Origin: Proteromonas lacertae
Taxonomy: Eukaryota
DNA: 64,000 nt
Reading direction: 5' to 3'
NCBI GenBank assembly: GCA_002245135.1
Contig: NGBS01000905.1
Location: forward strand, 1 to 64,000
Every line of letters starts with the position of its first letter. Within the stretch, counting starts at the first letter, position 1. Under the pieces are notes generated by a model. That model had not been told where the DNA came from. It worked only from the letters and a program-made list of their open reading frames with translations, and ran no database searches. Positions 1 through 10,400 of the stretch are shown piece after piece. A program made the position numbers and the translations under genes.

Positions 1-198
1 CACTAGTTGCACTATCAATACCACCACCTGATCCAGATGATCCTCCTGTACCTATTTCTTGATATCGACCAACATTTCTCTAATCGATTTAGCATCTCCT
101 ACTTTTCTCCCAAATTGCTTGTAATCGATGTCAGTGCCCCTCGTGACAGGTGTTAGATCTGTTGATACAGCTTGTTTTTTAATAGGACGACCAAACAT
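1..198 (-). CDS. Partial ORF of the viral element, unknown function (runs off window)
   Basis: ATG at 198 gives MFGRPIKKQAVSTDLTPVTRGTDIDYKQFGRKVGDAKSIREMLVD; after an apparent 1-nt shift it reads IGTGGSSGSGGGIDSATS to the edge. Not in the ORF track. Confidence 0.5.
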
Positions 199-252
199 AA
201 AATATAGCAAAATAAACAAAAAATTATATTAGTGACAATATGGGGATTATTA

Positions 253-1108
253 TTATTCCGAATCGCTGGGATAACTTGATGAATCAGTGGACTCATCATC
301 GCTGCTATAGGAAATGAGGTGATCATATTTATTATTGTGATTATAGCTATTATTACTATTATCTCTAATTCTACTATCAAAATTCACTCTAAATTTATGA
401 TTATATAAATCGATATATAAAAATGAGTGATTACTCTGTTTAGTTGCATAATCATAATATGATTTGAAAACATCGAAATCAATCCATATATCCAAACTTG
501 CATACAAATTTCTTAAATTAGCCATACTCAGGTTTTTGAATACCAAACAGTAATCAAGCTGTAAACGAACTGATGGAGTAATGTCAGTGACATATTGACT
601 TGATATAATTACTTTTGACTTGTAATGACGGTTTGACTTAAGTAATTTAGAAACGGATTTATTTCTTAAATCAAATGATATATCATCGAATATAATATAT
701 TCTCTGGGTAATCATAATTATCTTTGTCTATATCTTTGATATTATCTAATACTGCATCCAATATATTCACTCTATCTTCATTCACTACTGAATCATAGCA
801 ATGGTACTCAATTTGGTTATACTTGAGCATATCAGTGATTTTCTCATATATAATATCCTTGGATATAGTTGCAACGAAAAAATACACTACTTGGTCATAT
901 CCCTTTTTTAGCAAGTGTTGGATCATATTAAATATAAGTGTAGTCTTACCACTGTTTTTCTTAGCTAAAATAAATATGTTGCAGAAAGGCTCCTGGAAAT
1001 AGTCATATCCAAGGACACTATCTTTGGAGCGTTTTCCACATCCTTTGACTACTGTCTCAACAGGATTTATGACTATGTTGTTTATTTTTCTAAATTAACT
1101 TTACTCAT
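253..1108 (-). CDS. A32-like (FtsK/HerA superfamily) genome-packaging ATPase, two apparent frameshifts (~1088, ~705)
   Basis: Manual translation: variant Walker A IFILAKKNSGKTT (~939-977), Walker B YIIFDD (~684-701), then KSNRHYKSKVIISSQ (RH and SQ motifs of A32-type ATPases). Joins ORFs 666..926 and 253..546. Confidence 0.88.
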
Positions 1109-1163
1109 AACAAAAACATAATTATAAGAAATATAGCCGTTATCGAAATTATTATTATTATTT

Positions 1164-2623
1164 TTAAACTACACTTACAATACCGCTTCCATTAATGGTG
1201 ACCATACGTCCAGTGATGATATAGAAACGATGAGTGATATCATTATTAGTAAAGTCATTTGTACCAGGTGTTGAAAATTCAAAGGTTATTTTCAAATCAG
1301 TAGCCAAAGGTCTACCTGCCTGGTTCTTAATGTTGTCCAAATCCTTAGAACCAAAATTCAATATCTCAAAGAACTTGTCATTGAATTTTTCATCTTTTCT
1401 GAATATATCATACCATGAGTCTTGGAAATATTCACGGACAGTCCATATAGCTATCATAATATTGCATAAGTGTATAATCTGGCTGATATACAAAATCATT
1501 GATCATCCATCTGAATTGTGCATTTTCAGGTACATGTGCATATCTTTTTAATGATTCTATCCATGGTCTATAGATAATGTAACGAACAAATGGTCCATTG
1601 GAACTATTCAATGTGAATGAGTAATTGAATATGCCAGAACCATGTGATGGTACTTTAATTTGATAACATCTGAAATCATTGAATTGAATAGGTTTTGATA
1701 AGCAGTATTGTTTGGTATTATTGTTGCATTGAGTATCCTTGTTGATATAAGCATAGAATTTGAAATTCCTTGAATATTGCTTCATTAATATCAACTTCTG
1801 CATGTGACACTGTATAGTTTACATTATCTTTTGTTTTATCAGTTTTCAATCTTGCATATTCATCTGGTGTATATGCTTTTAATAAACCATAATTACTTGT
1901 GGTTTGAAAACGAATGCATATATACATTCTCTCTCCAAAGAATACATCACTCTTTAATGCAGCAAATGTATTGTTAAATTTACCTAATTGTAATTTGAAA
2001 TGTAATATAACTGAATCTTTATACTGAACTGCATATGCTGTTGCTGCAGATGCACTAGTACTAGCTTTTAATTCAACATATCGTGTACTAGGTTCTACTT
2101 TCCACTTATTGATATCTTGAACTTTATAATTATGATTATCATCATCCCAATCTAATTGTATTCCATCATAGTAATTGTCTTGATAGAATATATCACATCT
2201 CTTTCTAACTAATTCATCCATAAATACACGATATGGTTCATACGAATCATCAAGCTTGACCAGATCTGTTCCAGTCTGATTACAAATTCTAAAAGAGGCC
2301 AAGCCAAACCCTTCTTTAATTCCTTTTATCATACTCGGATATAAACCTTTACCGACTAAATTACCACTACCACCATCGGTTGCATAGGTACCATCAGGAT
2401 AAGGATTTAATTTTACTTCGATATCGAATTGGATATATGATTTAGCTAAATTGATAATATTATCTCCACTTATCTCCCATCTAATCTCTTCTGAATAAGT
2501 ATTTGTATCCAGCTTGTATTCTGATGTTAATCCCATCGGAGACAATCTCACATAATTATAGAAGGGTAGCATCACAGGGACATCTACACCATGTTTCTGT
2601 TCTTTTGGAATAGATAAAGCCAT
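1164..2623 (-). CDS. Putative double jelly-roll major capsid protein (~485 aa), split by two frameshifts
   Basis: Three overlapping ORFs (1718..2674, 1432..1803, 1164..1499); likely start MALSIPKE at 2623. N-terminal EIRWEISGDNIINLAKSYIQFDIEVKL and the beta-rich C-terminus resemble Polinton-type MCPs. Size and position between ATPase and penton fit. Confidence 0.75.
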
Positions 2624-2654
2624 TAGAAAACAAAAGAATAAAGAAATATAAAAA

Positions 2655-3614
2655 TTAGACTTTAAATACAACAATATCTAAATTAAACTCAATATTATCA
2701 GATTAAGTTCATAGCCATTTTGTTGAGTAATCTGAATAGTGATCATACCATTGTTATAGGTATTATTAAATCTCTTCGATGTATTCAATATGTCATTATT
2801 CTGATATGTAATAAATGGTAACTCAGGATTTTGAAACGGGTATATTTTCTAATACATTTGAATCCTGCATAATATTCACTATGTCTAATCTAATGGATAT
2901 AGAATTAACCCATATCAAAGATGGACGAGATGGTAATTGAGTAAATGGGAATGGCTTAACCATAATTTCTTGTTGATTCTCTGGTTCTTCAGATGGAATA
3001 TATTCTTTAAAACAACACCAGTAATTGTTTTTAGGTATACCTAATATTTTGTAACTAAGATCTTTGGTGATGATCTCTAATTTTTCTATCCAATATACTG
3101 GGTCTTTTTGATAGTATATAATATTCATATCATTAGCTACCTCAATATGATATGTTTGATTATCATCGAAATTGTCTATACGAAATAAATCTCCTTTTCC
3201 TTCTATAATAGACACATGTGAACCATCTTCATTATATGCATCATCTTTTATTCCAAAAACATCATATGTCATATTTTTGACTAAATTATTAATCATACTT
3301 AATATCTGAGTTTCATCATAGAATCCTTCTGGTATTTTGAGGTGTTTTATGATGTTTGGATACTTTGGTGTATCTACTTGAACATCATGTCTCCATCCCA
3401 ATGTGAATACTAATGAAAACTCATCATTTGTTTCTTCCTGTATAGTTGGGAATGAATTGGGTATAACAGCATGTAATAAGCTGACATGAGTATAATCATC
3501 ATCGAATGATTGCAATTTTAATGTCTTCTTATACTTGTTTCCTCCACCCATGGAATCAGATAATACAATCATATCAGAATTTAAGTAGTACACACGATGA
3601 TTCGAAACTAACAT
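2655..3614 (-). CDS. Putative minor capsid protein (penton, single jelly-roll); C-terminus continues through frameshifts at ~2830 and ~2700
   Basis: VSLLHAVIPNSFPTI...LKIPEGFYDETQILSMIN matches the 'IP.s...i.ip.G.Y...l...in' penton pattern. The shifted frame continues PFITYQNNDIL...ITIQITQQNGYELN...FNLDIVVFKV*. Confidence 0.75.
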
Positions 3615-3699
3615 AAGATAAAATCTATTTTGAAAATAAATTCGTTAATAATGTCAATATTGTCATTATTAGTATTAATTACACTTTTATTTTTTAAAA

Positions 3700-4302
3700 A
3701 TGAATAACGATCAGGAACACAAATTTAGAACAGTGCCATATAACTTTTGGAACTCTGATAAACAAATACTCATTAATTGCTTTAGAAAGGATGGCAAAAT
3801 GAGGGCACCAACCAAATCGAAATTATGGAATCTCATATGTGGTGATAAAAAGGAATTAACTTATAGTGAGATCAGATATATACTCAAATACGTCGATGAA
3901 CAGTATAGATTAGACTTGGAATATAGATTCAAAAATGGATGTTGGTGGGATGAGAGTAAAGAGAAATTAATTCAAAGATTAGGTATTTCTGATGTAGATG
4001 AGACTGTGCGCATTACACCTAATATGTTCCTTGAGTGTGTTAACAAGATTAAGGAGAAAAGAAACCCATCTTTTGAAAAAACTCATCAATTATTAGAAAG
4101 CATTATTATGATGAATCATGAAGCTAATATATTACCTCCTCCTCCTCCTAATGATAGTAGTAATAAAGAAATAGTAGAAATACAAGTCAAGCTTGAAAAT
4201 GACAATGACAATGTCAATCTCACAGATTATGACTTATCTCCAATATCACCAAGATCCATTAAGGATGAATATATTAATAATAACCAATGTCTTGTAAGTT
4301 AG
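3700..4302 (+). CDS. Hypothetical viral-element protein (200 aa)
   Basis: Intronless ORF with A-rich start context, divergent from the penton gene; no recognisable motif. Confidence 0.65.
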   Translation: MNNDQEHKFRTVPYNFWNSDKQILINCFRKDGKMRAPTKSKLWNLICGDKKELTYSEIRYILKYVDEQYRLDLEYRFKNGCWWDESKEKLIQRLGISDVDETVRITPNMFLECVNKIKEKRNPSFEKTHQLLESIIMMNHEANILPPPPPNDSSNKEIVEIQVKLENDNDNVNLTDYDLSPISPRSIKDEYINNNQCLVS

Positions 4303-4393
4303 TTTATTGATAATAAATACATTACTTTGATTAATTTTGTTTTCTTATATAAGATTCTCATAAACACACATTGACTTTGATGTAATAACTGTT

Positions 4394-4606
4394 TTGCTTT
4401 CAGTTCTCGTATTTGTATCGTATATGATAGCTTTGGCTCTTTTCAAATACTTAAAGGCACACAATTGTATTCCAAACAATACAGACATAGAAGAACTTAG
4501 AAATAATATAGATGCCATGATGAATAAAGGGTTAGAACATGATAAGACACTTAAGGATATTCAGTCTCTTATTGAAATCACTAAACAAAGGAAAATGACT
4601 ATTTAA
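4394..4606 (+). CDS. Small protein with N-terminal hydrophobic helix and coiled coil (start uncertain)
   Basis: LSVLVFVSYMIALALF followed by heptad-like IEELRNNIDAMM...LKDIQSLIEI; the track start is TTG. Confidence 0.5.
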   Translation: MLSVLVFVSYMIALALFKYLKAHNCIPNNTDIEELRNNIDAMMNKGLEHDKTLKDIQSLIEITKQRKMTI

Positions 4607-4666
4607 ATTTATTTCACTCTTTATATTATATTATTATATTATGTTTTTTTTATTTTTGGTTAAACT

Positions 4667-4770
4667 TGTATCTTACAACTGGCCCAAGTTGTAAGATACA
4701 TCACAATTCAAGTTACAACTGGCGCCAGTTGTAACTTATATTACAATTCAAGTTGCAAAGTGGCGGCCGG
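4667..4770. repeat. Tandem ~40-bp palindromic units
   Basis: TGTATCTTACAACT-ggccca-AGTTGTAAGATACA (4667-4700, 14-bp stem), perfect 28-bp palindrome AAGTTACAACTGGCGCCAGTTGTAACTT (4710-4737), and a third degenerate unit at 4741-4770. Confidence 0.9.
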
Positions 4771-4843
4771 ATATAGCAATACCAAACACCAAAAACAAAC
4801 ACACATAACATTACATAAAAAACAGAATATATAAAGAATTACT

Positions 4844-5215
4844 TTAATTATCCATATTAGGAACTGGAATACCATACTGATAATGCCTGCCATTATGCAC
4901 AACAATACGATGCGGATCATTCTTTGGCGCGGCTCGTGGACCGGCTCGTCTTGGTTTACGTTTTGCTCTATCTTTACTTCCTTTTGGTCTTCCTCTTTGT
5001 TTAGGTGGATTAGCAGCTAATAATCGTTCATACATTTTCATTAATTGTCTATATTGTAATTTAACTTTTGTTTTGTTTTGTAGTGCATTCTTTACTTTGT
5101 CTCTATACAAATCATAGCTCTTTCTCCATTTACTCCTGTTAACTGATTTAGGAATATATGTATTCCAGTCTTTACTAATTTTAAACCCTTTTGGCCATCC
5201 TCCATAATAAGACAT
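4844..5215 (-). CDS. Small, highly basic AT-hook protein (candidate virion core / DNA-condensing protein)
   Basis: PKQRGRPKGS is a canonical AT-hook; the 123-aa ORF is K/R-rich throughout. Confidence 0.7.
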   Translation of the reverse strand: MSYYGGWPKGFKISKDWNTYIPKSVNRSKWRKSYDLYRDKVKNALQNKTKVKLQYRQLMKMYERLLAANPPKQRGRPKGSKDRAKRKPRRAGPRAAPKNDPHRIVVHNGRHYQYGIPVPNMDN

Positions 5216-5320
5216 GTTGTGATTTTTTATAATTGATATTATTTAAAATATAGTAACTATTAATAGTATGCTTATCAAACAAAAACAAACATATATAATA
5301 ATAATAGAATTTTTAAGTAT

Positions 5321-5791
5321 TTAATCAGAGTCACTACTACTACTACTACTAATTCCATCAGCAACATTTCTATCAACTGGATGTATGTGATAAAAATTCC
5401 CTCCATTCCATTGATAACTCATATGATGAAAAACATATTTTTTAAATTTTTGAGGAATACAATCACCATCTGCATACTCATGTTCTCCATTTCTTAATTT
5501 TCTATTCATTACTAATATTGAAGCTCTTCTGTCATACCCATAGGTTTTGAGGTTTATCATTAATTGATCACCATGATGTCTATAATCACCTAGTACTTCT
5601 GGATCATTTCTATTAGTTCTGAGTGAACCACATATAAACACCTTTACTTTATTTCTTTTTAATATTTTCATTGTTTTAATTGGAAATTGAATGACCCATC
5701 TATGTGCTCTATTGTCTCTATATCTATGAATGTAAAAAGCATATTCACCGTTAGGTTGTCTAAGCATATTATATGTTAAATGGTCAGGCAT
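5321..5791 (-). CDS. Hypothetical basic, His/Arg-rich protein (156 aa)
   Basis: Intronless ORF with Ser/Asp tail like that of the ATPase; TGTTTGTT lies ~30 nt downstream. Confidence 0.65.
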   Translation of the reverse strand: MPDHLTYNMLRQPNGEYAFYIHRYRDNRAHRWVIQFPIKTMKILKRNKVKVFICGSLRTNRNDPEVLGDYRHHGDQLMINLKTYGYDRRASILVMNRKLRNGEHEYADGDCIPQKFKKYVFHHMSYQWNGGNFYHIHPVDRNVADGISSSSSSDSD

Positions 5792-6183
5792 ATTCTTTGT
5801 TTTTTTTGCTATTATATATAATATTAAATTTTTATGGGTCTAATCAATAAAGTTATTGTTTGTTTAGTAATACAAATGTTTGAGGTTTGTTAAAAAAATA
5901 ATATCTCACGATCCATTAACATAATGAATAATCTGATGTGTTTCTTATTATATAGCATATTATGAGCAATCGATTTATGTAGTTAGATTTCATATATGTT
6001 TCATAATCAAAGATGATTTAGATTATTGCCTGAAATAAGATATTGATATAATTGAGATGGGTATATACCCTAGTAAGTATATATAAATTATAGTTAGCTA
6101 AAGTCAATTCATTCTTTATAAAAAGTACATAATTAATACACTTGTATTTAATGTATTTTTTTAATTAATTTATATATAGAATT

Positions 6184-6529
6184 ATGGCACGTATAATCTT
6201 GAAACAAGAGATTATCTACAGAGTGAAAATTAAATACTATCACGATGACCCTGAGTTTGATATAGTAGTATACAATTTGAATGATATCATGAAAAGACAA
6301 AGAGAACTAAGCAGATATAAGTATATTCCTAATTTATATTATTCTTAGGTGGAAAAGAAACTGCTACTATCCAAATATGAATACAATGATCAGCCATTTT
6401 AAAACATTTTGGATCTACGATTCTCGTGACAGAATACAGTACTACAGGGACTTCAAGTCCAATTTTATATATTGTTTTAACTATTTACCATCAAATCCAA
6501 AGTCAATTGTATATTTATATTTTGTTTAA
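6184..6529 (+). CDS. Small spliced hypothetical gene (~105 aa)
   Basis: ATG 6184; removing a 28-nt GT-AG intron (6321-6348) keeps the frame open to TAA 6527-6529. A second intron at 6509-6539 is possible. Not in the ORF track. Confidence 0.5.
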
Positions 6530-6693
6530 ATTCAAACAGAAAAGCGAAAAATAATGTAAGCTTGAATTATGATTTGATTATGAAACGGTCAAAAACACAT
6601 AGGGGGAAATCAATACAAAAAATACAAAAAAAATAGGAGGTCAACTAATAGTTAGTATAAGTAAGGTAAAGGTCAAGCTAAAGATATAGGTTT

Positions 6694-7309
6694 TGTTGTT
6701 CCCCGTTGAGTACAACTCCCCGTTGAGCGATTAGAGACTTTAGAAACAAACTAAATGCATATTCTTACTTATTTTGATGAAAAATTGTTACTTTTGTGCT
6801 TGCTTTGTCATATAACCTATGTCTGCAATATACTTTTTTGATAATTATAGTATTGTATATATGAAACGCATTTATTTTTATGTTTCGTTTTAGTGTTTCA
6901 TTCACTACTACAGACTAAAATACATTAACTGAGATGATTAGAATACTTAGATTGTGATTTGAAGACGCTTAAAAACCAAAAAATGAAAATATATACAAGC
7001 CTCACTCAAGCCAACTTTTTACATTTCTTTTTAGACAGTAATATATTATCGTTCAATAATTCTAATCGTCTCAGTTAATGTATTTTAGTCTGTAGTAGTG
7101 AATGAAACACTAAAACGAAACATAAAAATAAATGCGTTTCATATATACAATACTAAAATTATCAAAAAAGTATATTGCAGACATAGGTTATATGACAAAG
7201 CAAGCACAAAAGTAACAATTTTTCATCAAAATAAGTAAGAATATGCATTTAGTTTGTTTCTAAAGTCTCTAATCGCTCAACGGGGAGTTGTACTCAACGG
7301 GGAACAACA
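6694..7309. mobile_element. Non-autonomous foldback/MITE-type DNA transposon with TGT..ACA ends (Ginger/TDD-like termini)
   Basis: 251-bp inverted repeats (6694-6944, 7059-7309; two mismatches seen), 114-bp spacer, flanked by direct GGTTT (6689-6693, 7310-7314). Confidence 0.92.
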
Positions 7310-7461
7310 GGTTTTGACCTATAGGTAAACCTATATTTTTTGACCGAAAAATACAACACTGTTTTATATACTTTTTTCTTTACTTTATTTGTTTTGGTTT
7401 TATATTAATTTAAAAAACAAATACAATTATAATAACAATGTTTATAGAGAAAATGAATTAC

Positions 7462-10400
7462 TCAATTCTTACTTTTCTTTTTCTTTTGAAATTCATTTTC
7501 TTCATCCCTTTTCCTCTTTCCATATTTTGTTGTTTGTTTGATAGATACTACAAATTCTTCCATATTTGGTAGATTTTTCACACTATCTTTCAACAATTCT
7601 ACATCTTTTTCATCGATTTCACAATCTTTTATTTCAATTCTATATATCTCTTTTAAATAAGACAAATATTCACACATTTCTATTATCTTTTCATGATTTA
7701 ATTGCATTTTATTCAAATATACTGAATGATCTTCTTTTATTGAAGATAAAAGTGTATGATATGTTGAATGCAAATCAAATACTGTATTATTAATAATTCT
7801 AAACCTAACTGTTGACTTACATAAACAAATATTTAATAGTAAATATTCATACTCTTTTCTTTTATCATAATTATATTCTTTACATACATCCTTTAACAAT
7901 TCATTGTTATTTATTACATTATCATATTCTTCTTCACTATCAAAACTACATTTTTTACTTTCCACCATTTCTTTGACTATTTCTATCCATCTATAATTTG
8001 GATTATATAATTCTATATTTTCTGTTAATTCTCTATCAATATTATCTATTCTATTCCCTGTTAAAAATACATCATTTGTGTGTTGACATTTTTTGATAGA
8101 ACCAAACAATTCTTTTATACCATTATTTGTTAATCTATTATCTAGAAATAATAATTGATAATAAATACTCCTCAAATGTAAAGATTCTAATACATCAATA
8201 GATGGATTGAAAAATTTACATAAATCTGAAATACAATTATCTGTTAAATGATTATCTATATTATGATAAAATAAACAAAATATTTACTCGATAAATTGAG
8301 TGTTTGAAGATTAGTCAATGAAGTAATTGAATTAGATATTTTCTGAATTGACAAATCAGTTAAACTGCAATCTATTATTATTATATGAGAAACAAATAGA
8401 AATACTTGATAAATCTAATGTTTTTAAATTTGTAAAATTATTTATATTTTCAATCAGATACTTAACTCCTTCATTACCTATAGAATTACCTATTATTATA
8501 TCAATAGTATTATTACCATTTATTTTCAACATTTCTAATTCTGGAATACTTGTAAATGAATCTGATAAATATTTACAGCTTGTTGAAGTTAAGCTATTTT
8601 TACCAATATCTAAAAAGAGTAATTCAGTTATATATTTGAAATTTTCACATATTATTTTCATTGATTCATCGTCTAAGTTTGTTCCCTCTAAAGACAATTC
8701 TACCAAATAAGGAAAAAATGAAAATGATTCAGATATGTATTTAAATCCACTCAAATTGAATTTATTATGTGAAATAGAATAAACATTTAAATTTTGAAGA
8801 TTACTTTTTGATTCATATAAATATCTTAAACCATCATCTGTTATATTTGTTTCACTGATATTTAAATCTTCTAAGTTAGATAAATTTGATAAAATTTTTG
8901 ATAATTGTTTTATTCCATTATCTGATATACTATTTCTTGAAATATTCAAAACATTGATATCATCTAGATATTTCAATGATTCTACCAATAGATTAAAGGA
9001 TGAATCATTTAACTCACATCCATATAATTGAATATACGATAGTTTTACACATTCTTTAATAGAATGAGCTAAAACCTTCATCCCTATCTCAGTAAAACGA
9101 TTATTTGACACATCTAACGATTGTAAATCTTTCACATAATAAAGATTATTGGAGATAGATATTAAACCATAATCATTTATATTTGTTTCACCAAAATCAA
9201 TTGTTCTAAGGTTAGTAAGATTCTTTAATTCATAGCTTATTCTTTCTACTCCTTCGTTGCCGATATAATTTCCACTAATATTTATAGTATTTAATCTAGT
9301 TAAATATGATAGATTAGAAGCTAATTCTATAGCCCCTTTTGTAGTGAACTTATTTTCTATTATGATGTATAGAAATGAAATAATACTTTCTAATGATAAT
9401 GATTCTAATTGAGCAATATTTTTGAAAGTTTTACTTAATTCAATAATACCATTATCTTCAATCTTATTATCTATTTAAATAATAAAAAGGTGAATTATAT
9501 ACTAGAGAGTGAGAGTTGTTTTATATTTCCATTTTTATTTATTACTCTGACTAATGATGGAATAGCAAATGATGAAAAATTATTATTATCAAAATACAAC
9601 ATCTTCAAATGATGTAATTCTTTAATATCTTCTCTTTTGAGAGGATTAGTTAATGCTAATCCAAATAATAATCCAAAATAATAATTAGTTGGACTTGATT
9701 CATAACCATTCAATAATTGATTATAAGAATCTAATAAAAAATGAAATGGTTAGTATACTCCTATTCTGCGATATTTTCTTATATGAATAACTATCACTTA
9801 TAATATATTCATTCTCAAGTAACATATTAAGTGACAACTCATCAACTATAAAAATATAAAACGAAATTAATACTTTTAAATGAAAAATATAAGGGAATTG
9901 AATTGTATTTGTAATGATATAACAATAATCTCAAACTTTTTGTATTTAATTTAATTCCACATAAGTTCAATCGCTCTAATTTGGGGAGTTTGTTCATATA
10001 ACGATGAAAATATGATATTGATTTGTTACTAAGATGATTATCTAAAATATATTCACAAATTGGTATTATATACAGGATAAATATAACTTTGAAAGTTGTT
10101 TAAATGTATTACAGTAATAAAGGAACATTAAAATATCACTATCTTTTAGATGAGAAGAAGATAATTTTAAAGACATTAAATTTGGTAAATTTGATAATCC
10201 TAGTGTGAATATTTTCATCTTTTTATGTAAATTTATACTCTCTAGTATGAATTATAATATATATAATTAATACTAGAAATATTGAGTTTCTCTAAGTGTG
10301 GAAATATGGAATAAGATTTGATAATTTTAGGAAGAATGGTGTTATTGTGTAATCTTAAAATATGTATTTCTGTAAGATGTTCAAAATTAACTGAATCAAG

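Larger units (their letters stand above)
1..5800. mobile_element. Endogenous Polinton/Maverick-like virus, virion-morphogenesis segment (cut by left window edge; right boundary uncertain, ~5.8-7.4 kb)
   Basis: Intronless, tightly packed cluster of packaging ATPase, major capsid and minor capsid on one strand plus small ORFans, in contrast to the intron-rich host genes from 7462 on. Confidence 0.85.

Noticed and set aside
253..3614. Calling the viral genes (and polB) pseudogenes or programmed frameshifts
   Set aside because: Lesions are 1-nt indels, some in homopolymers, and the same kind occurs in host genes (fucosidase, H6PD-like, Ig protein). Assembly error is simpler; raw reads are needed to decide.
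4667..4770. CRISPR-like array (also considered for 56370-56520)
   Set aside because: Only 3-4 degenerate units, no unique spacers of regular length, no cas genes, eukaryotic context.
6694..7309. Large inverted repeat as the Polinton's own terminal repeat
   Set aside because: Both arms are only 114 bp apart and have their own 5-bp target duplication, so it is an independent insertion.
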